A stretch of 59,865 nucleotides of DNA from Acidobacteriota bacterium (GTDB lineage Bacteria > Acidobacteriota > Thermoanaerobaculia > Multivoradales > JAHEKO01): assembly GCA_029263375.1 (NCBI GenBank), contig JAJCXP010000025.1:1-59865 (forward strand). Direction: 5' to 3'. The notes under the pieces were generated by a model. It did not search any database and was not told where the DNA came from. It worked only from the letters and a program-made list of their open reading frames with translations. Within the stretch, counting starts at the first letter, position 1. Every line of letters starts with the position of its first letter. Positions 27,050 through 35,940 of the stretch are shown in pieces. Position numbers and translations under genes: made by a program.

Positions 27050-27454
27050 TTAATCCTCGCTCGAGATCGAGATCTTGAAGCCGTCGGGGTCGATCACCGC
27101 GAAGTCGCGGGCGCCCCAGGGCTGATCGGTGGGTGGCTGGATGAGCTCACCGCCGCGCGCGCCGATCTGCGCCGCCAGTTCGTCCACGTCCTGGGTGGTC
27201 GTGCAGTAGATGCGTAGACCGAGCCCCTTCAGACGGTCACGACCCTGGGCGAAATCGTCCTGGCTCAAGACGAACTGGACGGCGCCGGCCTTCATCTCGA
27301 CGCCCTTTAGCTCGCCCTCCATTCGATACTCCTCCGCGACGATAAACCCCATGACGTCCCGATACCAGGCGACGCTGGCTTCGAGATCGTTCGCCGTGAT
27401 CGCCGGCATCGCCAGTCGCAGTCGCAACGTTTCCGGTTGCTTTCGATCCTTCAT
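27050..27454 (-). CDS. VOC family protein (glyoxalase / bleomycin-resistance fold)
   Basis: The product is 134 aa. ITANDLEASVAWYRDVMGF...PWGARDFAVIDPDGFKISI is typical of VOC proteins. Confidence 0.8.
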   Translation of the reverse strand: MKDRKQPETLRLRLAMPAITANDLEASVAWYRDVMGFIVAEEYRMEGELKGVEMKAGAVQFVLSQDDFAQGRDRLKGLGLRIYCTTTQDVDELAAQIGARGGELIQPPTDQPWGARDFAVIDPDGFKISISSED

Positions 27455-27529
27455 TTGGCACCTCCGGGTCCATCCGAGATTGGCTATGGACCGACTCTAG
27501 CAGGCACCCGGGCGCTCCGAGGAGCCGAC

Positions 27530-27976
27530 TCAGTCGAGCCAGGAGACCAGATCACCGACCTCCATCGTGGCGTCATCCAACACCTCACCGCAGGCGCCGC
27601 CGCGCCAGTCGTCACGCAGGGCATCCTGAAGGCCGGCCTGCGCCTCCTCCATCTGCCGGCACGGCTTGCACTCGGTGTGGATCCGGATCCGGCACTCGCC
27701 GACCTGGAGGGTCCGGCCGCGCTTGTCGACGAAATCGATTCCCGAGAGCAGGAGGTTCGCGCGTCGTACGCTCGGATCCACGTCGACGCCCAGCTCCGAG
27801 CGCACGGTCTGCCACTTGTCGGCGGAGAGCAGGATCACCTGGCGCTTGCCGCCCTGATTCGCGTTGCCCTCCAGCCCCTTGCCGGCAACCGCCGCGGCGC
27901 TGGCAACAGGGTCCATCGGACCGCCTTTGAACCGCTTGATCCAGATCGCCTCGACTCGTCCGTCCGCTTCGCTCAT
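27530..27976 (-). CDS. MOSC domain protein
   Basis: The start is set at ATG 27976 (MSEADGRVEAIWIKRFKGGPMDPV) with GGAGGCGG upstream. A conserved Cys region follows (ECKPCRQME). Confidence 0.75.
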   Translation of the reverse strand: MSEADGRVEAIWIKRFKGGPMDPVASAAAVAGKGLEGNANQGGKRQVILLSADKWQTVRSELGVDVDPSVRRANLLLSGIDFVDKRGRTLQVGECRIRIHTECKPCRQMEEAQAGLQDALRDDWRGGACGEVLDDATMEVGDLVSWLD

Positions 27977-27991
27977 ACTTCCGCCTCCGCG

Positions 27992-28672
27992 ATGGCCAAC
28001 AGTCACAGAGAGTTGATCATTCCAGTCAGCGAGAAGGTCGGCAAGGTCTCGGCGCTGATCGACCGGCCGATGGAGCCGCGGTCCATGCTTGTCATCGGCC
28101 ATGGTGCCGGCGCCGGCATGCGGCACCGGTTTCTCGAATCGCTGGTCGAGCGACTCAACGCGCGCTCGATCGCGACCCTGCGCTATCAATTTCCCTACAT
28201 GGAGCAGGGGCGCAAGCGGCCCGATCATCAGTCGCGTCTGCTGCCCACGGGGCGCGCGGCGGTCCGGACCGCCCGCGAGGTCGCCGGCGAGCTGCCCCTG
28301 TTCGCCGGCGGCAAGTCGATGGGCGGCCGGATGACCTCGTTGGCCGCCGCCAAGGAGCCTCTCGAGGGCGTCCGTGCTCTGGTTTTCTTCGGTTTTCCGC
28401 TACACGCCCCGGGTCGGGACGGCAGTGAGCGCGCCGAGCATCTGACGGCCGTCGACGTACCGATGCTGTTCCTTCAGGGAACCCGTGACCGGCTCGCTCG
28501 GCTCGACCTGCTCGAGCCGGTATGCGCCAGCTTGGACGGGCGCGCGACGCTGCACGTCGTCGACGGCGGCGACCACTCGTTCCACGTCCTCAAACGCTCC
28601 GGGCGAACGGACGACGACGCGCTCGACGAGCTGGCCGAGCGCACCGCGACGTGGACCCGCGAGTTGATCTGA
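27992..28672 (+). CDS. Alpha/beta hydrolase (KANL3/Tex30-like, dienelactone-hydrolase-like)
   Basis: The start is set at ATG 27992 (MANSHRELIIPV...). It carries LVIGHGAGAGM, the nucleophile-elbow-like GGKSMGGR, and DHSF near the C-terminus. Confidence 0.7.
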   Translation: MANSHRELIIPVSEKVGKVSALIDRPMEPRSMLVIGHGAGAGMRHRFLESLVERLNARSIATLRYQFPYMEQGRKRPDHQSRLLPTGRAAVRTAREVAGELPLFAGGKSMGGRMTSLAAAKEPLEGVRALVFFGFPLHAPGRDGSERAEHLTAVDVPMLFLQGTRDRLARLDLLEPVCASLDGRATLHVVDGGDHSFHVLKRSGRTDDDALDELAERTATWTRELI

Positions 28673-28693
28673 TCGGCGCCGTGCGCGGCCGGG

Positions 28694-28942
28694 CTACGCG
28701 CGCTTGATCAGGCCGACAAGCAACAGCAGCACCACCGCGCCGATCATCGCGGTGAGGATCGCGCCGACGATGCCGCCCCCCAGCGATACGCCGAGCGCGC
28801 TGAACAGGTAGCCGCCAACCACGGCGCCGATGATACCGACGACGATGTTGCCCAGGAGGCCGAAGCCACGGCCCTTCATCAACTGTCCCGCCAGCCAACC
28901 GGCGACGGCTCCCACCACCAACATCCAGACGAGCCCTTCCAT
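28694..28942 (-). CDS. GlsB/YeaQ/YmgE family small membrane stress protein
   Basis: The 82-aa product, MEGLVWMLVVGAVAGWLAGQLMKGRGFGLLGNIVVGIIGAVVGGYLF..., is a textbook member of this family. GGAGG lies upstream. Confidence 0.85.
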   Translation of the reverse strand: MEGLVWMLVVGAVAGWLAGQLMKGRGFGLLGNIVVGIIGAVVGGYLFSALGVSLGGGIVGAILTAMIGAVVLLLLVGLIKRA

Positions 28943-29058
28943 GCTCCTGCCTCCGTTCGGGTTGCGCTGCACGGCCGGACCCTCCCGACCGCCGTGAAAA
29001 GCAAACTGAATTGAACCTGGAGACTGTAGCAGGAGAGCCGCCACCGTCAGCGTGGCGG

Positions 29059-31164
29059 CTACGGGCGCCAGCTCAACGACACGCCGAGCGAGCGCTCAGC
29101 GGCCGGCGTCACGTCGCTGTCCGCGGAGTTGAAGTACTCCTCGTCGAACAGGTTGCGGGCGCTCACCGCCACGGTCAGGTCGTCCGCGAGTGCATACGAC
29201 ACCGAGCTCGACAGGAGGTTGACCGACGGGATCGGCTTCTCGCCGCTGCCGAAGTCGCTCTTGCTCGAACGATTCTCGAGCCTGCCGTCCCAGCGCCACT
29301 TGCCGCGTGACCAGCGACCGGTGACGAAGACGCTGTCGGCGGGCACGTCGGCGAGCGGTGTGCCGAGCTTGTCGCGGCCCTCGATCGAATGACCACCGAA
29401 GCCGACGCCCCATTCCGAGTCGAGTTGATAGAAGCCCTCGAGCTCGACGCCTTCGATGGTACCGGCGGTCAGGTTGACGAAGGTCAACCGGTCCGGGGCG
29501 ACCTCGATGCGCTCGATGTAGTCGTCGATCTCGTTGCGAAACAGATAGCCCGAGACGAATAGCTTGCGCCCGTACCAGCGTAGTCCGGTATCGACGTTGA
29601 GCGAGCGCTCGGGATCGAGCGTGGGGTTGCCGGTCACGAAGCCGCGGCCGGTGGTGCCGGTGAAAAAGCGCTCGCTCAGCGAGGGGAAGCGCAGCCCGGT
29701 GCCCGCGTTGGCGACCAGCTCGAAGCCGGCGCCGAGCGGCGCCACGATGCCGGCGAATCCGGTGAGCGCGCCGTCGTCGGTACCGCTCACACCGCCGTTC
29801 TCCTGTTGCTGGAAGGCGTATCGACCCCCGGCGAGCAGGGTGACGCTGCCGACGTGCCACTCCAACGCGCCGTACGCGCCCGCTTCGTCCTCCTGGGCGC
29901 CATCGAGGGTCTGCTGGAGGTCGGTGAGCCCGAGCGCGCCGTCGACGATCGCCTCGTTGGTCTCGCGCGCGTCGACCGACCGACGGCCGAAGTAATCGAC
30001 GCCGAAGCGCAGCGACGTGTCGGCGCTCGGTTGGATCCGCCTGTGCCAGTTGAGCCCGAGATCGAAGGCGTCGTTGCGCACGGTGTCCACCCGGCCATCG
30101 GCGCGGCTCACGCGGGTCTCGAGGTCGTTCGGATGCGCATAGGCCGAGAGCTCCCAGCCGTCGGCCGAGCTCACCCGGAAGCGCACCAGCCCGTGCATCT
30201 CGTCCGGGTAGGTCGTGACTTGGTCCGGGAAGTCGACGTTCGCTTTCTGGATGTCAGTGCCGACCGAGCCCACCGCCAAGAGCTCGAAGTCGAGGTCGCC
30301 GCGCACCCAGCTCCGGCCCAGGGTTGCCGACGTCTGGCGGAAAGCGGCGTTGAGCTCCTGACCTCCCGGGGTCGCGGAGTTGCCGGCGTCGCGATGAGCG
30401 AGGCCGAAGCTCCAGTCGCCATCGCCCCAGCCGATCATCTGGTGCAGCTCGTCGCCGCGCGTGTCGAAGCCGCTGCGCACCGTCCAGCCCTGGTAGCTGT
30501 CCGGGAACAGCTGGATGACCCCGCCGAGCGCGCCGGAGCCGTAGTAGGTCGACGACGGGCCCCGCACCACGTCGGCGGTACCGATCAGCAGGGGATCGAT
30601 GAACGACGCCGAAACCCCCGCCCGCCGCTCGCTGACGATCCGCATGCCCGACACCAGGGTCATCACTCGCAGCCGCGACACACCACGCACCGAGTACGTC
30701 TGGAAGATGCCGCCCTGGCCGTTCTCGGCGACGCCGGGCGTCTCGGCCACGAACTCGGTCAGCGTATTGGGCGGCGCCGCCGAGAGAGATGGATCGATGA
30801 CGCTGATCGCCACGCTCACCGGCGCGAAGTTCTCCTCGCCCGGATTGGCGCTGACGGCGATCGTCTCGTAGAGCTCCTGCTTGGATTCGAGCGCGATCTC
30901 GACCGCCGTGGATCCGTCTTCGACGCGCAGCCGGAGCTCGACGAACCGCTGATGGGTCACCAACAGCTCGACCGGGAGCTCGGCGGCAGGCAGGGTGAAC
31001 CAGCCCTTGGCGTCCGTGTAGTCGGACATAGCGTCACCCACGACCCGGACCCGCGCGTGCTCGATCGGCATTCCGGAGGCGCTCATGACCCGTCCCTCCA
31101 CCCCGGCGAGGGCGGCGGACGCTACAGCAGCGAGGACGAGGAAGACGAGCGGTTTCTGAGGCAT
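29059..31164 (-). CDS. TonB-dependent receptor with N-terminal carboxypeptidase-regulatory-like domain
   Basis: The start is at ATG 31164 (MPQKPLVFLVLAAVASAALA). A CarboxypepD_reg-like segment comes first (GRVMSASGMPIEHARVRVVG...DAKGWFTL). A plug domain (FQTYSVRGVSRLRVMTLVSGMRI) and a long beta-barrel follow. Confidence 0.85.
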   Translation of the reverse strand: MPQKPLVFLVLAAVASAALAGVEGRVMSASGMPIEHARVRVVGDAMSDYTDAKGWFTLPAAELPVELLVTHQRFVELRLRVEDGSTAVEIALESKQELYETIAVSANPGEENFAPVSVAISVIDPSLSAAPPNTLTEFVAETPGVAENGQGGIFQTYSVRGVSRLRVMTLVSGMRIVSERRAGVSASFIDPLLIGTADVVRGPSSTYYGSGALGGVIQLFPDSYQGWTVRSGFDTRGDELHQMIGWGDGDWSFGLAHRDAGNSATPGGQELNAAFRQTSATLGRSWVRGDLDFELLAVGSVGTDIQKANVDFPDQVTTYPDEMHGLVRFRVSSADGWELSAYAHPNDLETRVSRADGRVDTVRNDAFDLGLNWHRRIQPSADTSLRFGVDYFGRRSVDARETNEAIVDGALGLTDLQQTLDGAQEDEAGAYGALEWHVGSVTLLAGGRYAFQQQENGGVSGTDDGALTGFAGIVAPLGAGFELVANAGTGLRFPSLSERFFTGTTGRGFVTGNPTLDPERSLNVDTGLRWYGRKLFVSGYLFRNEIDDYIERIEVAPDRLTFVNLTAGTIEGVELEGFYQLDSEWGVGFGGHSIEGRDKLGTPLADVPADSVFVTGRWSRGKWRWDGRLENRSSKSDFGSGEKPIPSVNLLSSSVSYALADDLTVAVSARNLFDEEYFNSADSDVTPAAERSLGVSLSWRP

Positions 31165-31261
31165 GAGGTCACGGCGACGAGGCGTTTTACCATGCGATTT
31201 GCGTGCCGGTCCAGGTGGTTGTTCACACCCGCGCCGGCGGTTGACCACGTACAATCGGCCG

Positions 31262-32167
31262 GTGCTTGCCCCCTCCGTCGAGCTGATCGGCGTCTGCAAG
31301 TCCTATGGCCGGTTTCGGGCAGTGGACGAGCTTTCGCTGCAGGTCTCAGGTGGCGCGATCTTCGGGCTCCTCGGCCCGAACGGCGCCGGCAAGACCACCA
31401 CGATCCGGATGATCATGGACATCATCGCGCCGGATCGCGGCGAGGTCCGCCTCTTCGGCCGGCCGCGGGCGGCCGAAGACCTGCTCCGGATCGGCTATCT
31501 ACCCGAGGAGCGCGGTCTCTACCGCAAGATGACGGTCGGCGATCAGCTGGTGTTCCTGGGCCGCCTGCGTGGCCTCAGCCGGCGCGACGCCGACGCGGCG
31601 ACCACGCTCTGGCTCGAGCGCGTCGGCCTCGCCTCGTGGCGTCGCAAGAAGGTCGAGGAGCTCTCGAAAGGGATGCAGCAGAAGATCCAGCTGGTCGGTA
31701 CGGTGCTGCACGAGCCCGACATCCTGATCCTCGACGAGCCGTTCTCGGGCCTCGATCCGATCAACCAGGGCCTCTTCAAGGACCTGCTCGCGGATTATCG
31801 CCGCGGCGGCCGCACCGTGATCTTCTCGACCCACATCATGGAGCAGGCGGAGAAGCTGTGCGACGAGATCTGCCTGATCTCCGGTGGCAAGACGATCCTG
31901 TCCGGCCCGCTCGACGAGGTGAAGCGCCGCCACGGCGGTCGTGCCTATCGTCTCGAAGCCAGCGGCGAGCTGGACCGCGCGGCCGACGTGCCCGGAGTCG
32001 AGACCGCCCTGGTCCTGGATGGCTCGGTCAAGCTGATACTCGAGCCGGAGGCCGAGGGCGCGGCGGTCCTGCGCGAGCTGGTCGGCTTCCTGGCGGTCAC
32101 CGAGTTTCGCTCCGAGGAGCCCAGCCTGGAAGAGATCTTCATTCGATCGGTGCAAGATGCGAGCTGA
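31262..32167 (+). CDS. ABC transporter ATP-binding protein (ABC-2/NatA-like)
   Basis: Walker A (GPNGAGKTT), the signature motif (LSKGMQQK) and Walker B (ILILDEP) are present. I chose the GTG start at 31262; the upstream part of the track ORF is R-rich and overlaps the receptor gene. Confidence 0.85.
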   Translation: MLAPSVELIGVCKSYGRFRAVDELSLQVSGGAIFGLLGPNGAGKTTTIRMIMDIIAPDRGEVRLFGRPRAAEDLLRIGYLPEERGLYRKMTVGDQLVFLGRLRGLSRRDADAATTLWLERVGLASWRRKKVEELSKGMQQKIQLVGTVLHEPDILILDEPFSGLDPINQGLFKDLLADYRRGGRTVIFSTHIMEQAEKLCDEICLISGGKTILSGPLDEVKRRHGGRAYRLEASGELDRAADVPGVETALVLDGSVKLILEPEAEGAAVLRELVGFLAVTEFRSEEPSLEEIFIRSVQDAS

Positions 32168-33494
32168 GAACGTGTGGGTGATCGCCACCCGCGAGTACCT
32201 GGCGCGCATCCGGACGAAGGGATTCTGGATCGCGACCATCGGCCTGCCGGTGCTGATGGCGGCGGTGCTGATCCTGCCGGCGCTGCTTCTGACCCGCACC
32301 ACCAGCGCCCATCGCCTGGTGATCGTCGACACCACCGGCGAGCTGGGAGAGGCGCTGATCGCCGAGCTGAGGGACGATTCAGAGTTCCGAAAGGCGCTCG
32401 ATCAGCTCGACGAGACCCTCGACGGGGTCGACACCTCGGCGCTCGATGACAAGCTCCAGGGCTTCGTGCCACTGCTCGAGGCGCCGGACGCCGACCTCGA
32501 GCGGCAGCGCGCCGAGCTCGACCAGCGCATCATGACGGGTGAGATCGACGCCTGGGTCTGGATCAGCGAGCAGGGGCTTGCCGAGGACCGGATCGAGTAC
32601 CACGCCGAGAGCGTCTCCAACTTCGTCACCCAGGAGCGTCTCGGGCGCGCGGCTTCATCGGTGATTCGGTCCTTCCGGCTCGCCGACGCCGGGCTGGACG
32701 TAGAGCAGATCGAGCGGCTCCAGCGCTCGGTGAGTCTGACGACCCTGAGAGTCACCGAGGCAGGCAGTCGGGAACAGAGTGCGGCCACCGGAGTGATGCT
32801 CGCCTACACCCTCTTCTTCATGCTCTACATCTCGATCCTGGTCTACGGCCAGCAGGTGATGCTGGGCGTGATCGAAGAGAAAAGCTCACGAATCGTCGAA
32901 GTGATCGTCGCCACCACCCGACCGGTCGAGCTGATGATGGGCAAGCTCGCCGGCATCTGCTGCGTCGCCCTCACCCAACTCGCCATCTGGCTCGGAACCG
33001 TCGCGCTGCTCACCCTGCCGCCGGTGGTCGCGCGGCTCGGAGCCCTGCCGGAAGGCATCGACATCCCGACACTGGACCCCTGGCTCGTGGTCCACTTCTT
33101 CGCCTTCTTCATCCTCGGGTTCATCCTGTTCTCGAGCTTCTACGGCTCGGTCGGTGCGGCCTTCAACAACATCCAGGAAGCCCAGCAGTTCGCGGGAATC
33201 GGCGCGATCTTCGCCGTCGCCCCGATGCTGCTGTTCTGGATGGTGCTCAACGACCCGGACTCGAGCCTCTCGGTGGTCGCTTCGTTGATCCCGTTCTTCA
33301 CACCGCTCCTGATGCTGCTGCGCCTGGCGGTCAAGGCGCCGCCCTGGTGGCAGGTCGCGCTCGGCTACGCCTTGACCGTGTCGCTGGCGCTGGCGACCAT
33401 CTGGCTCTCAGCCCGGATCTACCGGGTCGGGATCCTGATGTACGGCAAGAAGCCGTCGCTGCCCGAGATCTGGCGCTGGATTCGCTACAGCTGA
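32157..33494 (+). CDS. ABC-2 type transporter permease (NatB/YhaP-like) with large extracytoplasmic loop
   Basis: An N-terminal TM is followed by a ~160-aa loop and then 5 C-terminal TM helices. The gene overlaps the ATPase gene by 11 nt. Confidence 0.8.
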   Translation: MRAENVWVIATREYLARIRTKGFWIATIGLPVLMAAVLILPALLLTRTTSAHRLVIVDTTGELGEALIAELRDDSEFRKALDQLDETLDGVDTSALDDKLQGFVPLLEAPDADLERQRAELDQRIMTGEIDAWVWISEQGLAEDRIEYHAESVSNFVTQERLGRAASSVIRSFRLADAGLDVEQIERLQRSVSLTTLRVTEAGSREQSAATGVMLAYTLFFMLYISILVYGQQVMLGVIEEKSSRIVEVIVATTRPVELMMGKLAGICCVALTQLAIWLGTVALLTLPPVVARLGALPEGIDIPTLDPWLVVHFFAFFILGFILFSSFYGSVGAAFNNIQEAQQFAGIGAIFAVAPMLLFWMVLNDPDSSLSVVASLIPFFTPLLMLLRLAVKAPPWWQVALGYALTVSLALATIWLSARIYRVGILMYGKKPSLPEIWRWIRYS

Positions 33495-33509
33495 GCGGCG
33501 TGCCGCCGG

Positions 33510-33911
33510 TCAGACGCTGAAGGCCGGGGTCAGCGGGATCGGCTCGATGCCGGAATCGGCCAGGCTTTGGAGCGCGACGGCCCAGGTCTCTCTCGCGCTT
33601 CCCGACGCGAACGAGACCCCGGCCTTGTAGACCGGCATCCGCTCGGCGCCCTGGGTGCCGGCAGTGCCGGCGAACCTGCACCACTCGACCCTGCCCGGAA
33701 GGCCCAGGCTCTTGCGGCCGATCTGCACGCGAAACACGTAATCGGCGCCGACCCGCAGCTGCTCGTTCGCCTCGACGCCCATACCCGAGTCGCTCACGTC
33801 GAGCACCGCCGCACCGATGGGAAACTCGACCGCGATGTCGCGCGTGGCGTAGCGCTGCGCGGCTCGACCCTCTTCGCCCGCTCTTACCCTCTCAACTCTG
33901 TTCCTGCTCAA
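33510..33911 (-). CDS. PilZ-domain protein
   Basis: RxxxR (RYATR) and DxSxxG (DVSDSG) are present. I chose TTG 33911, which lies 7 nt after GGAGG. Confidence 0.65.
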   Translation of the reverse strand: MSRNRVERVRAGEEGRAAQRYATRDIAVEFPIGAAVLDVSDSGMGVEANEQLRVGADYVFRVQIGRKSLGLPGRVEWCRFAGTAGTQGAERMPVYKAGVSFASGSARETWAVALQSLADSGIEPIPLTPAFSV

Positions 33912-33934
33912 GACCAAACCTCCAGAAGAGATAG

Positions 33935-34210
33935 TTAGCGAGTCGAGTCGAGCGCCGTCCGGTCGGAGCGGACACTCCAGGAGTAGCCATCGGTCGCCAG
34001 ATGAGCGGCCGTCGCGACCCGCTTGCGCTCGAAGTCGGGGCTCGAAGCCTGACTCCAAACGAAACCGTCGCTCTCGGCGATGGCGATGCCCTTCGGTCGT
34101 TCCGACGACTTGGCGGCCTGCGCGGACCCCCGGGACGAGTCGGCCAGGGGCTCTTGGTGTGGAATCAGTAGGAAGAGAATCGCCAGCGCGGCAGCTTGGA
34201 CCGTTTTCAT
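33935..34210 (-). CDS. Small secreted hypothetical protein (91 aa)
   Basis: ATG 34210 is preceded by AGGAGA and gives a signal peptide (MKTVQAAALAILFLLIP). It lies 23 nt upstream of the PilZ gene. Confidence 0.45.
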   Translation of the reverse strand: MKTVQAAALAILFLLIPHQEPLADSSRGSAQAAKSSERPKGIAIAESDGFVWSQASSPDFERKRVATAAHLATDGYSWSVRSDRTALDSTR

Positions 34211-34492
34211 GTCGAGGTCTCCTGACGGCGTAGACAGGAGCAAAGGGAGTGCCATGCACATCGGTCAATGTTTCGACCCTCCGTTACGGCGCGAGAGATC
34301 CAGCGCAGTCGCTCCCGAACCGGGCGAGACCCAGTGAATCCCCTGCTCGCCCACCCACCGGAGCCTGAGACCGCGGGCGCCAGGAGACAACCCGCGGCCG
34401 CAAAGCGCGGGCTCGATCCGCCATAATTTCGGCGCTCGCCGCCGGGAAACCGGCGCGGCGGCCACCGATCTTTACCGATAAGCTCAGGCGAT

Positions 34493-35266
34493 ATGCGTAT
34501 CGCCACCTGGAACATCAACGGGCTCCGCGCCCGCCTCGACTTCGTGCTCCATTGGCTCGAGGCCCGCGAGCCCGACCTGGTCGGGCTTCAGGAGCTCAAG
34601 CTCACCGACGAGCAATTCCCCCACGACGCCTTCGCCGAGATCGGCTACGCCGCGGCGACGCACGGCCAGAAGGCCTGGAACGGCGTCGCGGTCCTCGCGC
34701 GCGGACCGATCGACATCCGGCAGCAGGGCCTGCCCGGACAGGACGAGATGGGCGCCAGGCTCCTGACCGTGGACAGCCACGAGATCTCGTTCACCACGGT
34801 CTACGTCCCGAACGGCAAGGAGCTCGAGCACGAGGACTATCCGCGCAAGCTCGCCTGGCTGGAAGCCCTGCGCAGCCATCTCGACGAGGAACTCGAGGCC
34901 GACCAGCCGGCGATCCTGTGCGGCGACTTCAATATCTGCCCGGCGCCGATCGACAGCTGGAACGAAAAAGCTCTCGCCGGCAAGATCTTCCATACCGACG
35001 AGGAGCGCGCCCGTTTCCAGGCGCTGCTCGACTGGGGTCTCCTCGATCTCTTCCGCGAGCTCAACCCGGAGAACCAGAACTTCTCCTGGTGGGACTACCG
35101 GGGCGGCGCCTTCCACCGCGGCATGGGCCTGCGCATCGACTTCCTGCTCGGCACCCCGTCGATCCTCGAGCGCGTGCGCTCGGTCGAGACCGATCGCGAC
35201 TACCGCAAGAAGAAGGACGGCCTGACGGCGTCGGATCACGCGCCGGTGATCGCGGAGCTGGATTGA
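34493..35266 (+). CDS. xthA: Exodeoxyribonuclease III
   Basis: MRIATWNINGLRARLDFVLHWLEAREPDLVGLQELK...GDFNI...SDHAPV is a canonical ExoIII/APE sequence. Confidence 0.9.
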   Translation: MRIATWNINGLRARLDFVLHWLEAREPDLVGLQELKLTDEQFPHDAFAEIGYAAATHGQKAWNGVAVLARGPIDIRQQGLPGQDEMGARLLTVDSHEISFTTVYVPNGKELEHEDYPRKLAWLEALRSHLDEELEADQPAILCGDFNICPAPIDSWNEKALAGKIFHTDEERARFQALLDWGLLDLFRELNPENQNFSWWDYRGGAFHRGMGLRIDFLLGTPSILERVRSVETDRDYRKKKDGLTASDHAPVIAELD

Positions 35267-35273
35267 TCCACCT

Positions 35274-35900
35274 CTAGCGCAAGCGTAGATCCCGGACCAC
35301 CCTCAGCACGCCCTCGGCATCGGGCGAGATCGGCCGGATCGTCGCCCAGGTCGGGTTGGCGCCGGCGTCGCGCCCACGCGCGCCGAGCAGCGGGTCGCCC
35401 TCGAAGTTGAGAGTGAAGCTCTGGCGCGAGATCCCCGGACCCCACACCCGGTAGTGGACGTGGGCCGGCGGTCCGCCGGTCGCGTAGTGGCCCGGCCGGA
35501 CGGTCTCGAACCGGTAGCGGCCGTCGCCGTCGGTCAGCACGAGACCGCACAAGCGCGCGTTCGACTCGTCCATGCCGCCCGGCGAGTAGTAGCCGGCATC
35601 GTCGGTCTGGAACACGAACACGGTCGCTCCGGCGACCGGCGTCACGCCGTCGGCCGCGAGCACCCGTCCGGTGACGACCATCGGCGTGCCCGGCTCGCTC
35701 TCGGGAGCGATCCGGAGCGACCAGCCGGTCGGCTGCTGGCCGCGGCAGTCGCCGCGGTTCTGGGCGGAGGCGGGGGCGGCGACGCCGATCGCGAACACCA
35801 GAGCGAAGATCGACGAGCTCAGGCGACGCCCGACGCCGGTCGCCGCGGCCGGATCGGTCGGAGAGCAAGCCTTCTCGATACGGTTTGTAGGAAGCCTCAT
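35274..35900 (-). CDS. Secreted intradiol ring-cleavage dioxygenase-like protein
   Basis: The start is at ATG 35900, giving a signal peptide (SSSIFALVFAIGVAAPASA). VTGRVLAADGVTPVAGATVFVFQTDDAGYY...GRYRFETVRPGHY...HVHYRV matches the dioxygenase_C pattern. Confidence 0.7.
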   Translation of the reverse strand: MRLPTNRIEKACSPTDPAAATGVGRRLSSSIFALVFAIGVAAPASAQNRGDCRGQQPTGWSLRIAPESEPGTPMVVTGRVLAADGVTPVAGATVFVFQTDDAGYYSPGGMDESNARLCGLVLTDGDGRYRFETVRPGHYATGGPPAHVHYRVWGPGISRQSFTLNFEGDPLLGARGRDAGANPTWATIRPISPDAEGVLRVVRDLRLR

Positions 35901-35940
35901 AACCCTGTGTACGTCGAAACTACATGCTAGGTTGAGCCGC

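Noticed and set aside
29806-32181. A 791-aa plus-strand ORF running across the TonB receptor and into the ABC genes.
   Set aside because: It is antisense to a clear TonB-dependent receptor and out of frame with the ABC ATPase (Walker A/B are in the other frame). Its composition is extremely R/G/A/P-rich.
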